A DNA stretch of 64,000 nt, from the NCBI GenBank assembly GCA_963827235.1, contig CAWHAE010000020.1, positions 192,001 through 256,000 on the forward strand. The letters are read 5' to 3'. Shown in pieces: positions 1 through 9,892 of the stretch (its first letter is position 1; every line of letters starts with the position of its first letter). Made by a program: the position numbers and the translations under genes. Source of the DNA: an uncultured bacterium (GTDB taxonomy: Bacteria > Chloroflexota > UBA5177 > JANWHV01). A model generated the notes under the pieces. That model did not search any database, was not told the origin of the DNA, and saw nothing but the letters and a program-made list of their open reading frames with translations.

Positions 1-202
1 GGGCAAAGCCCCTTCGGCGACGTACCGCTTACGGAAACCGTTGGCAACGCGCAGGCGAAGCCGTTAGCGCTGCTGTAGGTTCCTCATGGCTGCCGAGGCG
101 GCCGCGGCTCAGACTGTACAGCATGATGGCAGCCGGCCACGCACATGGAGATGTGAAGGACATCGTGGTATGTGGCCCAGACGCCAGGAAAGGGAATAAC
201 CG

Positions 203-1297
203 ATGGATCGGAATCTGCGGACCATGCCGATGGAGCAGGGGATAGCGCCCGAGCTCGCGGTACTCGGCGACAAGCTCAAGGCGATGGAGTCTGAGTTGCG
301 GGCACTTCGAGCGAGTCGCGCCACACGGCCTGCCTCTCTGCTCGGGCGTACAGCCCTGGGCCGCATCGCCCGCGCCGGCATCGTCGCCAGTCTGCTGCTC
401 TTGACGCTCGGGCATAGCGCCCTGGCCAGCGTGCCCGACGCCGGCGGGGTCATTCACGGGTGCTATGCCCCCCATGACGACGGGTCGCTGCGCGTCATCG
501 ATACCGGCACGGGTGCGCAATGCCACCGATCGGAAATCGCGCTCACCTGGAGTCAACGAGGGCCGCAGGGTATTGCCGGACCACAGGGCCCAGTTGGTCC
601 GACGGGCGCGACGGGGCCGCAAGGGCCAATCGGCCTGACAGGCGCGGCGGGGCCGCAAGGGCCGATCGGCCTGACTGGTACGACGGGGCTACAGGGGCCC
701 CAGGGTGTCGCCGGACCGAAGGGCGATCCTGGACCGGCTGGCTCCTCTTCGCCGTACGTGTGTTTCCACTGCTCAGCCTCGCAGATCACTGCCGATCTCG
801 CCGCTTTGGCTCCGCAGCAACCGAATTACCAGGCGCTGTACTACCCATATTCCGACCTGACCAACGCCAACCTGAGTCTTGACGACCTGACCAACGCCAA
901 CCTGGCCGGCGCCACCCTGACGAGCGCCAACCTCCAGGGCGCTATCCTGGCGAGCGCCGACATGAACGCGGCCTTCCTGCCCGGTGCCAACCTGAGTTCT
1001 GCCTTCATGGAGTACGCCAGCTTGAGCGGTGCCTGGCTTGTCGGTGACGATTTCTCCAACGCTGGACTGCGCGGCGTCAATATGGCCAGGGCCAATCTGA
1101 GCCAGACGACGCTGCTGGGCGCCAATCTGCCAGGCGCCAACCTTACGAACGCCAATCTTACCGGCGCCAACCTCTCCAACGCCAATCTCGCCGGCGCCGT
1201 GGTCACGGGAGTCACCTACCACAACACCACCTGTCCTGATGGCCAGAACAGCGACAACCTTGGCGGTACCTGTGCCGGGCAGGGCGGCGGCTTGTAG
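203..1297 (+). CDS. Membrane-anchored collagen-like (Gly-X-Y) / pentapeptide-repeat surface protein
   Basis: AAGGGA upstream of ATG; short coiled coil, then hydrophobic segment [12 protein letters not shown] and a GVIHGCY...SLRVID motif; 20 G-X-Y triplets (nt 560-742); long A(N/D)LxxA pentapeptide array; C-terminal NTTCPDG..GTC cap. Confidence 0.85.
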   Translation: MDRNLRTMPMEQGIAPELAVLGDKLKAMESELRALRASRATRPASLLGRTALGRIARAGIVASLLLLTLGHSALASVPDAGGVIHGCYAPHDDGSLRVIDTGTGAQCHRSEIALTWSQRGPQGIAGPQGPVGPTGATGPQGPIGLTGAAGPQGPIGLTGTTGLQGPQGVAGPKGDPGPAGSSSPYVCFHCSASQITADLAALAPQQPNYQALYYPYSDLTNANLSLDDLTNANLAGATLTSANLQGAILASADMNAAFLPGANLSSAFMEYASLSGAWLVGDDFSNAGLRGVNMARANLSQTTLLGANLPGANLTNANLTGANLSNANLAGAVVTGVTYHNTTCPDGQNSDNLGGTCAGQGGGL

Positions 1298-1570
1298 GAC
1301 GTCCTCACAGGACCGCGATGCGACCAGGGCCGCCAATGCGATCTCGCGCCGGCGGCCCTTGTCCGCCCCGGGTCGGATGTCTCGCCTCCGATCATCGCGG
1401 GTGTTGTCTAGAGGGTGGCCACGGCGAGATCTGCACACCGCGACCGCACCCCGGCAATTCACCCCGGGGTTGCTTACGGCCCGCCAGCTGCGAACTTCGC
1501 TCCGCCCGCGCGTGTTGTACCGACTCTTGAGTACGGGCTCCAGGCTGGGAGTGAGGCTGGGCCCGCGGAC

Positions 1571-1604
1571 GTGACACACAGGTGACAGCGCGGTGACAAT
1601 GTGA
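1571..1604. promoter_or_regulatory. Three GTGACA direct repeats at 11-bp period (putative winged-helix regulator site)
   Basis: GTGACA at 1571, 1582 and 1593 (TGTCAC on minus strand), one helical turn apart. Confidence 0.45.
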
Positions 1605-1728
1605 TTCGCCCGTCCCGGTGTGGGCACGGCTCGCGACAGTGTGCGCGAGGGTCGATCACCTGACCGCCGGCCACTTGTGCTTGATCGATTCCGGGCGACA
1701 CTCGTCATGAGTGCCAGGTCTGCCGCGA

Positions 1729-4700
1729 CTAGCCGCCTCGCGCGCTGGGCTGGGGCGACCTTCCCTCTGAGCGTCCCGACGATGCCATTCCCAACTGCGT
1801 GTCGACGATCTGGTCCGCGGGCACTATCGTCCCCTTCGTCCAGGCATCAGCAAACTCGCGGTCACCTAGAAGTTCCCGCGCGCGATCGAGTGTGCGCCGA
1901 TACGCGGCGGCATTGAAGGGGGGCAATGGGGCTCGAATCTCTGAGCGAAGCGCTGTGGCCGCGGCAGAGAGCTCGACCGCGCGCTTCGCCATGCTCTGTG
2001 CCACCGCGAGTGTTGCCATCGCCTCCAGACACACGGCCACGATGCTGCGTGGCCCTGCCACCCACGAAAGCGAGAGGGCCTCGGCCAGGGAGGCAGAGGC
2101 CGGCTCCAGGTCCCCTGCCGCGCACTGAATGCGCCCCAGCGTTGTGAGCGACTCTGCAAGACTTGGCTGATTACAGAGCTCGCGGAATGTGTCGACACTT
2201 TCCCGGGAGTAGGCTAGAGCTCGATCAAGATCGTCCCGCATGTATGCCGCAAGCGCCAGGTTATTGAGCGAGAAACCGGCTGCCCCGACGTCGCCCAGGG
2301 TACGAAACGCGGCGGCACTCTCCTCGCAACACTCTTGGACCCGTTGGGCATCCCCCTCGTCGCACGCGATATCGCCAAGACCCAGCAAGGCGAGAGCACT
2401 ACCAAGCCGGTCGTCCAGCACACGATGCAGGGCCAGGCATTCTTCGTAGAGTGCGGCTGCCCGCTCGTAATTGCCCCGCGCGCGTTCGACCATGCCCAGC
2501 CGGAAGAGGGACAGGCCGAGGCCCCGCCGATCAATGCTCGCCCTGCTGCCGGCTGCGCGGTGGCGGGCCACGCACTCTTCCAGCAGCGTGACGGCGTGGT
2601 CATGGTCACCGTTCGTATAGGCCCACATGGCATTGTTGATCAGCAAGTCGGTCTCACCTCCCGGTAGGCCCAGGTCGCGTCGCAGCGCTACGCACTCCTG
2701 GAGGAGCTCTGTGGCGCGCGCGAAATCGCCTTGCCACTGCGCCAACCAACCGGCTCCCGTCAACACCTCGGCACGCGCCGCGGGCATCACGGACACTCGA
2801 CCGGTACCATCCGCGTCAAGCAACCGCGTCAACCACCTTCGCCCTTCACTCAGACGCCCCTGCATTTGCCAAAATCTCCACAGTGCAGCGCCAAGCCGCA
2901 AGCCCGTGGCACGCCGGACGCCGGTGCGCTGCGCAACGGGCAGGTCATCCGTAACCCGGTCCTCTTCCTCGTCCAGTGCCCACTCCAGCGCGAGACGCAG
3001 GTTCTCTCGCTCGCGCTCCAACTGCAGAAGCCACCACTCCCTGGCCGGCGTGGACAGCTCGGGCACCGCTGACTCGGCGAGTCCCAGGTAGTACTCTGCG
3101 TGCATCCGCCGTCGTGTTTCAGCTTCCCCACTGGCATCCAGGCACTCTTGCGCAAACTCGCGGATCGTCTCCAGTAGCCCAGTGCGTCGTGTGTTGGTTC
3201 CGGGCCCGTCGGCACTCATCACGACGAGGTTGTGATCGGCCAGTGACGCCATCGTGTCGGGCACGCTCGCTCCGCCGGCCTGCACGCAGATTGCCTCTGC
3301 GGCGTCGAGCGTACACCCACCGGCAAATACGGCAAGGCAGGCAAAGAGCTGCCGTTCTTCAGCCGTGAGCAGTTCATAGCTCCAGTTGATGACGGCACGA
3401 AGGGTTTGCTGCCGCGCAGGGAGATCTCGCGGCCCTTTGATCAATACGGCGAGAGGCCGCTTCAGGGCGGCGCAGAGATCTGCCGGGGAGAGCAACCTGC
3501 AGCGCACCGCGGCCAGCTCAATGGCCAGCGGCAGTCCATCCAATCGTTGGCATATCGCCGCGACCTCCCTCAGCTCGACGTCATCATGCAACGCAAACTC
3601 TGGATTCACCGCCCGCACGCGCGACACGAAGAGCTGGATCGCGCTGTATGCCGCTGAGTGCTGTGTGATCGCTTGGCCTCTGGGAGGCAGGGCCAGAGGT
3701 ACCACGGGGAACTGTTGTTCCGCGCGCACACCGAGCGGCATTCGGCTGGTCACGACCACGGTCAAGTGTGACGTCGCCGCGATCAGATCAGCCACAAACG
3801 GTGCTGCATCGATCACCTGCTCGAAATTGTCCAGCACCATCAGCATGTGCCTGGCATGCACGTATGTTAATACCAGTGAACGGGTGCTCTGATCGCCTTC
3901 TTCACGCAGACCGAGAGCCTTGGCCATCGTGGAGACGACGAGTCCCGGATCGCGCAGCGCCGTCAGATCGACGAAGGCTACACCATCTGCGTAGAGATCC
4001 CCTAGGTGTGCCGCGACGGCGAGCGCTAGACGAGTCTTGCCGACTCCACCCGGCCCGGTCAACGTGAGAAGGCGCATGCCTCCCTGCTCGAGCAAGTCGA
4101 CTATCGCTGCGACCGCGTGTTCGCGGCCGAGCAGCGGTGTCGGCGGGGAGAGGGCTGCGGTCCTCCGGGGATCGAGCGTGCGGAAGTCCGATTCTTCCTG
4201 TGCCGCACTGATGCCTGGAAGATGGACCGGTGTCGATTCCTGTGGGTCGCAGGACAGTGATGCATCGGCCGTTGTGGCCAGGACGGCGTGCTCGGCGGGA
4301 GTGAGCCCGAGGGCAGCGGCGAGCAAAGTGAGGGTGGCGGCACGCGGGGCGGTACGCCGTCCACGCTCCAGCGCGCGAATTGTATCGCGGCTGAGATTCG
4401 AGCGCTCAGCTAACATCTCCTGCGAGAGTCCCGCGGTAATACGGTAGCGCCGCAACGCGCTGCCAAACGACAGGGGTGATGCCGCGCTCGTCCCTGTCCG
4501 CCTCTCGCGTGTGGCCACGCTAGCGTTTTCGGATTGGGCGTCCAGATAGCTGCTCCTGGGCAGTCGTCGTGCCGGCCCATCGGCGCCCTGATCGTCCTGA
4601 ACCCCGTCCGGCCGACGTCTCGCCACCGGCGACGGGTACGCGTCAGCCGGTCGGGGCATCTCCACCACGGACACAGTATTGCGCAGGCGAGATGATCGCC

Positions 4701-4920
4701 GCGCCGCCGCTTCCAGCGCTATGCGGTCGGCGTCGGCTATCGCCAACGCCTCGACAAGGAGCGCGAGCGTATCGCGGCGAGGAGCACGATAAACACCGCG
4801 CTCGAGGTCGCTGATGGTTCGCCAGCTCACCCCTGCACGTTCGGCCAGCTCTTCCTGCGTCAGTCCAGCAGCCAGCCGGAGGCGGCGTAGCACGTAACCG
4901 AATGAGGGAACAGCTTCCAT
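1729..4920 (-). CDS. STAND-type regulator: two XRE HTH domains + NB-ARC-like ATPase + TPR repeats
   Basis: Two LRRxRxxAGL(T/S)QExLAER HTH copies; Walker A GPGGVGKT; Walker B LVLDNFE; GLPLAIELAA; TPR-like C-terminus; start placed at MEAVPSFG (4920). Confidence 0.9.
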   Translation of the reverse strand: MEAVPSFGYVLRRLRLAAGLTQEELAERAGVSWRTISDLERGVYRAPRRDTLALLVEALAIADADRIALEAAARRSSRLRNTVSVVEMPRPADAYPSPVARRRPDGVQDDQGADGPARRLPRSSYLDAQSENASVATRERRTGTSAASPLSFGSALRRYRITAGLSQEMLAERSNLSRDTIRALERGRRTAPRAATLTLLAAALGLTPAEHAVLATTADASLSCDPQESTPVHLPGISAAQEESDFRTLDPRRTAALSPPTPLLGREHAVAAIVDLLEQGGMRLLTLTGPGGVGKTRLALAVAAHLGDLYADGVAFVDLTALRDPGLVVSTMAKALGLREEGDQSTRSLVLTYVHARHMLMVLDNFEQVIDAAPFVADLIAATSHLTVVVTSRMPLGVRAEQQFPVVPLALPPRGQAITQHSAAYSAIQLFVSRVRAVNPEFALHDDVELREVAAICQRLDGLPLAIELAAVRCRLLSPADLCAALKRPLAVLIKGPRDLPARQQTLRAVINWSYELLTAEERQLFACLAVFAGGCTLDAAEAICVQAGGASVPDTMASLADHNLVVMSADGPGTNTRRTGLLETIREFAQECLDASGEAETRRRMHAEYYLGLAESAVPELSTPAREWWLLQLERERENLRLALEWALDEEEDRVTDDLPVAQRTGVRRATGLRLGAALWRFWQMQGRLSEGRRWLTRLLDADGTGRVSVMPAARAEVLTGAGWLAQWQGDFARATELLQECVALRRDLGLPGGETDLLINNAMWAYTNGDHDHAVTLLEECVARHRAAGSRASIDRRGLGLSLFRLGMVERARGNYERAAALYEECLALHRVLDDRLGSALALLGLGDIACDEGDAQRVQECCEESAAAFRTLGDVGAAGFSLNNLALAAYMRDDLDRALAYSRESVDTFRELCNQPSLAESLTTLGRIQCAAGDLEPASASLAEALSLSWVAGPRSIVAVCLEAMATLAVAQSMAKRAVELSAAATALRSEIRAPLPPFNAAAYRRTLDRARELLGDREFADAWTKGTIVPADQIVDTQLGMASSGRSEGRSPQPSARGG

Positions 4921-5344
4921 AATGGTTGGCTTCCTGGGGTGGCGAAGCGGAATTGGTTCATCGGAAGTGCTGGCCGCTACTCCCACTATAGCTATAGCAG
5001 AACGCTGCGACCGCACAGGGAAACTTCTGGCGAGACGAAGGTGCATGACCGCCGGCAGGCATTGTCGAGCGAGCGGATGCCATCGCCTGAGCGCGCCACT
5101 GCTCAGGCACTGAGTGCCTCATCGTATGACCGCGCTCGAGACAGGGGTGGGCGCCGAATCACCCTGTGCTGCGGCTGCTGCGCATCGTACTGCTACCCTT
5201 ACTGGTAGTGGTCAACGCCGGCTTGGTTTCTGGCCAGGGCGAAGGTCGGGCTCGAGATTCCTCGTGCGCCGTGTCCCAACCCATAGATGGTCGAGTCCAA
5301 CCTGGAACGGCCGAGTCAGTAGCACGCGAGAGGGAGATCAGCCC

Positions 5345-6385
5345 GTGGAATGCAGACTGCTCGGCGACTCCGGGTTTGCCGTGTCGGCCCTGAGCTTCGG
5401 CGCCGCAACATTTGGTACAGACAACCAGCCCGGCTTGAGCATGTGGGGAAACGCTGATGCCGCCCAGGCACGGCGCCTGGTCGATATCTGCCTGGACGCA
5501 GGGGCGATCCTCTTCGACACGGCGGACGTCTACTCGGCGGGACGGTCTGAAGAGGTGCTCGGCGAAGCGCTGCGAGGGCGGCGTGACCGGGTGCAGATCA
5601 TGACGAAGGCGACCGGCCGCATGAGCGACGAGCCGAATGCGGTAGGCACCTCGCGGTACCACCTAGTCCGCGCATGTGAGGACAGCCTGCGCCGGCTCCA
5701 GACGGACTACGTGGACATCTACACGTTGCACGGGTTCGACGCACGGACATCAGTAGAGGAAACGCTGGGGGCACTTGAGACGCTGGTGCAGAGCGGCAAA
5801 GTGCGCTACATCGCCTGCTCGAACTTCTCTGGCTGGCATCTGATGAAGTCACTGGCCGTCTCTGCGCAGCGTGGCTGGGCACGGTATGTGGCGCACCAGG
5901 CGTACTACTCCTTGCTCGGTCGGGAGTACGAGTGGGAGCTGATGCCGCTGGCCGTGGACCAGCGGGTCGGCACCATCGTGTGGGGGCCGTTGTCCCAGGG
6001 ACGACTGAGCGGGAAGTACCGGCGTGGCCAGCCGCCGCCAACGGGCACGCGCGTGGCACTGGGGGCCAGCGCGGTCCCCGCCGTGGACGAGGGCTGGCTC
6101 TACGGCATTGTCGACGCGCTCGACGCCATCAGCGCCGAGACGGGCAAGACCGTGGCGCAGGTCGCACTGAACTGGCTGCTGCAGCGGCCCACGGTGGCCA
6201 CCGTGATTATCGGTGCCAGGGACGAAGACCAGTTGCGGGAGAATCTCGGTGCGGTGGGGTGGAACCTGAGCGTTGAACACGTTGCGCGCCTTGACGCGGC
6301 AAGCGAGACGAGCTCCATCTATCCCTACTGGCACCAGCGGGGATTCGCCGAGCGTAATCCGACGCCGACGACGTTCTACAGGTGA
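5345..6385 (+). CDS. Aldo/keto reductase
   Basis: [33 protein letters not shown] motifs; GTG start at 5345 after GAGGGAG. Confidence 0.93.
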   Translation: MECRLLGDSGFAVSALSFGAATFGTDNQPGLSMWGNADAAQARRLVDICLDAGAILFDTADVYSAGRSEEVLGEALRGRRDRVQIMTKATGRMSDEPNAVGTSRYHLVRACEDSLRRLQTDYVDIYTLHGFDARTSVEETLGALETLVQSGKVRYIACSNFSGWHLMKSLAVSAQRGWARYVAHQAYYSLLGREYEWELMPLAVDQRVGTIVWGPLSQGRLSGKYRRGQPPPTGTRVALGASAVPAVDEGWLYGIVDALDAISAETGKTVAQVALNWLLQRPTVATVIIGARDEDQLRENLGAVGWNLSVEHVARLDAASETSSIYPYWHQRGFAERNPTPTTFYR

Positions 6386-6676
6386 CATGCCGGGATTGCC
6401 GGCGCATGGATTGTGGCATGCGACGCGCTCTCGGTTGACCCACCCGGTGAGCGAAGTCGATGGTGCGTGTTCCCTCGGTGCCTGTTCCATGCTGGCGGCG
6501 GCCGCAGTGTCTATACTGCCAGTCGGCCGGCGAGGACTGCCGCGATCGGCTGGGGAGCATGTCGATCTCGGGGCGGCCAATCAGACGCGGGAACGGCCGG
6601 TCGCCTGAGGCCGGCAGGCCGCACGGACCTCGCAGAGAACGGCCGTGAGCGACTTGAAGTCGGCTTGGGATGATAG

Positions 6677-6830
6677 CAGATCAGCCCAGCTGCCCCGACC
6701 ATCGAGCTGATCATCCGCTGCGAGGACCATCTGTCCCGCCAGCTCACGCGCGCCATGGACCGGCTCGAGCGTCTGCGGCCCACGCGTATCGAGCGCGCCG
6801 GCGCCGAACCGGCCGCGACCGGCTGTGATG
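6677..6830 (+). pseudogene. Degenerate coding remnant next to the tRNA-Leu 3' end
   Basis: Protein-like helix PTIELIIRCEDHLSRQLTRAMDRLERLR directly after in-frame TGA TAG (6671-6676), with no start or RBS; end coordinate approximate. Confidence 0.35.
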
Positions 6831-7026
6831 CTGCCGGCGATGCTCCTGCCGGCCGCTGCCTGCGCCGTCATACGCATGGGAAACACGGAAGAACGCGAAA
6901 CGACGTCACCGGCATCGTCGGCTGCCGTCCCTTGCGGTGCCCCTGCCGGCCCTGCCGCTGCCGGCGCGAGCGCGCACGGGGCAGCAGCACACGGTCGGCA
7001 AGGCGGCTGCACCGCGGCCAATCTGC

Positions 7027-7108
7027 TGGTGCCGGCGGTGGGAGTCGAACCCACACGGTTGCCCGAGCGATTTTAAGTCGCTTGCGTCTGCCATTCCGCC
7101 ACGCCGGC
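7027..7108 (-). tRNA. tRNA-Leu (anticodon TAA)
   Basis: GCCGGCGTGGCGGAATGGCAGACGC...GACTTAAAATC...GTTCGACTCCCACCGCCGGCACCA; type II variable arm; CCA encoded. Confidence 0.97.
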
Positions 7109-7404
7109 CTTGGACCTTCGTGCGAAAAGTGTAGCCAGGTGCATCCGCCGGCGTCAATCTGCGCGCGGTCCGATAGATGGCCACGCCCAAGACACGGCAC
7201 GAGGCGAATCGCTCCTCTGATCGGCGCATGTTGCATGCGGCCCGCCGGCCGGGCACCCATCCTCCAACCGGGCTATGTCGGCGGACGCGTGACGGGGCCG
7301 ATCACATGCGCGTCTCGCCGGCGCCGCTATCGCGCCGCGCGCTGCCGTCCCGGGCCGGTGCCCGGCTCCCAACACGGCAGCGACAACCGCCTGTTGCCGC
7401 ACTG

Positions 7405-8010
7405 CTACCGCTGCTTGAAAGTCTGGATCACGCTCAGGAAGGTCGGCACAAGCAACAGGTGCCCTGCTCCGGGAAGCGTCCTGAATGCCGCGTCCCATCC
7501 TCGATCTCGAGCCACCCACACCGCGTCCGTCGATTCGATCCCGAACTCGTTGATGTCGAAGAGATAGGCGGTCGCGCCGTCGATGGCAATCGTCCCGAGC
7601 CGCCTTGCCGTGTAGCTGTTGCTCGAGTCCTGCTCGAAGTTTCGCAGCAATTGCAGCAGCCTCAGCTCGCCGTACGCCTCGGAAGTGAGGAGAGAGCCCG
7701 CCGGCAAGGGTTCGCCCTGCACGAAGAAATTGGCTCCCTTCCGGACCTCGAAGACATCCTCTTCGTAGTACGTCAGCGACTTGTGGCTGCCCCATATGCT
7801 TCCCTCCGCCACCCAGCTCGACGGGTAGCCGATGCTATAGGGCAGCACTTTGGAGGCGTACAAGCGATAGCCTGGAGGCAGCGTGGTCGCGGCTGCCGCG
7901 CCGGCCTGCCGGCTTCCACCCATGCGCGGGACGAGAGTCGTCCACGCGAGTACCAGGAGCAGGATCGCTATCGCCGGTTTGCATCGTAGGGAGTCATCTT
8001 GTCTGCCCAT
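7405..8010 (-). CDS. Secreted protein, PsbP/Mog1-like fold
   Basis: Hydrophobic N-terminal segment IAILLLVLAW; YSIGYPSSW and TIAIDGATAY motifs typical of PsbP-like proteins; GAAGGAG RBS upstream of ATG 8010. Confidence 0.6.
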   Translation of the reverse strand: MGRQDDSLRCKPAIAILLLVLAWTTLVPRMGGSRQAGAAAATTLPPGYRLYASKVLPYSIGYPSSWVAEGSIWGSHKSLTYYEEDVFEVRKGANFFVQGEPLPAGSLLTSEAYGELRLLQLLRNFEQDSSNSYTARRLGTIAIDGATAYLFDINEFGIESTDAVWVARDRGWDAAFRTLPGAGHLLLVPTFLSVIQTFKQR

Positions 8011-8227
8011 GTCGGGTTCTCCTTCACGCGCACGCCCTGCTTTGAGCTCAACACCGACCAGTGTACTCGCGGTCTCCACATTTGGGCTGGCGGCGCTGCC
8101 GGATTGCCGACTCGTTCGGTCAATGGTGGCTTGGTGCCCGCCTCCGTGATGGCGCTGCTGGGCCCGCACTATTTCGGCGAATGGAATTCATCTTGCGCGC
8201 TCCACAACCGGCCACAGCCGGCCCGTA

Positions 8228-8317
8228 CCCTGCCATCCGCGGCTGGAGGCTACTATTTCCCTTCCATCCTCGCAGCTGGAGGCTACTATTTCCCTGCCAT
8301 CTTGCCGCGGTTGGAAG
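8228..8317. repeat. ~33-bp tandem repeat, about 2.7 copies
   Basis: GCTGGAGGCTACTATTTCCCT exact at 8242-8262 and 8275-8295; flanking CCCT(G/T)CCATC three times. Confidence 0.8.
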
Positions 8318-8458
8318 ATCCTCGAGTTCACTGCGCGGCCGGCCTCGGTCGCGGTGTATTCTTGTAAGGCGGACGCGCGCCGCTCTTCGCCGTGCCTGGC
8401 TCAGCGTCGACGCTCGCGTCTGCTGTTCGCGGTCTCATTCGATCGAATGGAGGCAGTA

Positions 8459-9892
8459 GTGGCAATCCACGATTCCGGTTTCGCCGGCAGTCTCTTCGAT
8501 GTCACGCCGGCTGCGCCGCCCCGGCTCGATCCCGGTTTCCGCCCGCTCTCGCTTGGCATGCGCCGCTACCACGCCGCCCTGGCCGATCACGGCAGCGCGG
8601 ACCGCGTATCCATCGCCCTCGAGCAGGACGAGCACAATGTCGCCGGCCTCGACCTCGACGTGTTCCCTGCCGGCGCCGGCCGCGATGCCGATAACCTGCG
8701 CTGCGTCACCTACATGCTGAACGGACTGCTCTGGGTGGCCGGAGGCTGGCGCGCCACGCTCGGCGGACCGCGGGCACTCTGCCGGGCGGTGGCCGCGCAG
8801 TATTGTAACGATGGGCCCGGCAAATTCGAGTGCGAGCTGATGGGCCAGGCATTCGCACGACCCCTCGAGGTGATCGCCGCCGGACTGGACGCCGTGCCGA
8901 CTGCGCGCCGCCGGCCGTTCTCGCTCGGCGGCCACCTGGACGGCTGTCGCATCGGCTTCGATCTGGGCGCCAGCGACTACAAGGTGGCCGCCGTGCAGAA
9001 CGGTGAGGTAGTCTTCAGCACCGAGCTCCCCTGGAATCCCAAGGTCGAGGCAGATCCCGAGTACCATTTCCGGCACATCGACGACGGCCTCCGGCTCGCC
9101 GCCTCGCACCTGCCGCGCCTCGATGCCATCGGCGGCTCGTCCGCCGGCATCCTGGTGGACAACCAGGTGATGGTGGCCTCTCTGTTCCGCGCCGTGCCGC
9201 GCACCGCCTTCGACGCCCATGTGCGGCCGATCTTCCTCCGCTTGCGCGAGAAGTGGGGCGTGCCGCTCGACGTGATCAACGACGGCGACGTCACGGCCCT
9301 GGCGGGCGGGCTCTCGCTCGACCAAACCGGCATCCTGGGCATCGCCCTCGGCTCCAGCGAGGCCGTGGGCTTCCTCGACCGCGATGGTCATATCACCGGC
9401 TGGCTGAACGAGCTCGCCTTCGGGCCGGTCGACGCCAATCCGCGCGGTGGCACGGACGATTGGTCGGGCAACCCGGGCGTGGGCGCCGCCTATTTCTCCC
9501 AGCAGGCAGTGGGCAGGTTGGCAGCCGCTGCCGGCATGACCTTCCCGGACGGCATGCCGCTCGCCGACCGGCTCAAGGTCGTGCAGGATCGCATGGCCGG
9601 CGGCGACGCCGGGGCACGTGACATCTTCGAGACTATCGGCGTCTACCTCGGATACACCATCCCCTGGTACGACCGCTTCTACGACCTGCGGCACGCCATG
9701 ATCCTGGGCCGCGTCACGTCCGGCGCCGGCGGCGATCTCATCCTGTCTAGTGCGCGGCGCATCCTGGATGCCGAGTTCCCCGACCTCGCGCGGCGCATCT
9801 CGATCTTTCTTCCCGACGAGAAGAGTCGCCGGGTCGGCCAGGCCGTGGCCGCGGCCAGCCTGCCTGCGACCAATAAAGGAGTAGAACGGTGA
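8459..9892 (+). CDS. ROK family sugar kinase-like protein with N-terminal extension
   Basis: IGFDLGASDYK phosphate loop, INDGDVTALAG, GIALGSSEAVG, WLNELAF; GGAGG RBS before GTG 8459. Confidence 0.85.
   Translation: MAIHDSGFAGSLFDVTPAAPPRLDPGFRPLSLGMRRYHAALADHGSADRVSIALEQDEHNVAGLDLDVFPAGAGRDADNLRCVTYMLNGLLWVAGGWRATLGGPRALCRAVAAQYCNDGPGKFECELMGQAFARPLEVIAAGLDAVPTARRRPFSLGGHLDGCRIGFDLGASDYKVAAVQNGEVVFSTELPWNPKVEADPEYHFRHIDDGLRLAASHLPRLDAIGGSSAGILVDNQVMVASLFRAVPRTAFDAHVRPIFLRLREKWGVPLDVINDGDVTALAGGLSLDQTGILGIALGSSEAVGFLDRDGHITGWLNELAFGPVDANPRGGTDDWSGNPGVGAAYFSQQAVGRLAAAAGMTFPDGMPLADRLKVVQDRMAGGDAGARDIFETIGVYLGYTIPWYDRFYDLRHAMILGRVTSGAGGDLILSSARRILDAEFPDLARRISIFLPDEKSRRVGQAVAAASLPATNKGVER

Noticed and set aside
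1-140. GGGCAAA...GACG...ATGGCTGCCG resembling a c-di-GMP-I (GEMM) riboswitch upstream of the surface protein
   Set aside because: P2 is too short, the GAAA tetraloop and GCAAAG motif are missing, and the window edge truncates it; needs cmscan with upstream sequence
845-1297. Qnr/MfpA gyrase-protection role, given gyrB in the window
   Set aside because: The repeat lies beyond a TM/signal and a collagen stalk, so it is probably extracellular, and gyrB is 26 kb away
7027-7108. bldA-like developmental control by tRNA-Leu(TAA)
   Set aside because: A TTA codon occurs in housekeeping plsX; nothing here shows restricted TTA use
8228-8317. Possible mini-CRISPR array
   Set aside because: Only two exact 21-bp copies, 12-bp similar spacers and no cas genes; it is a tandem repeat
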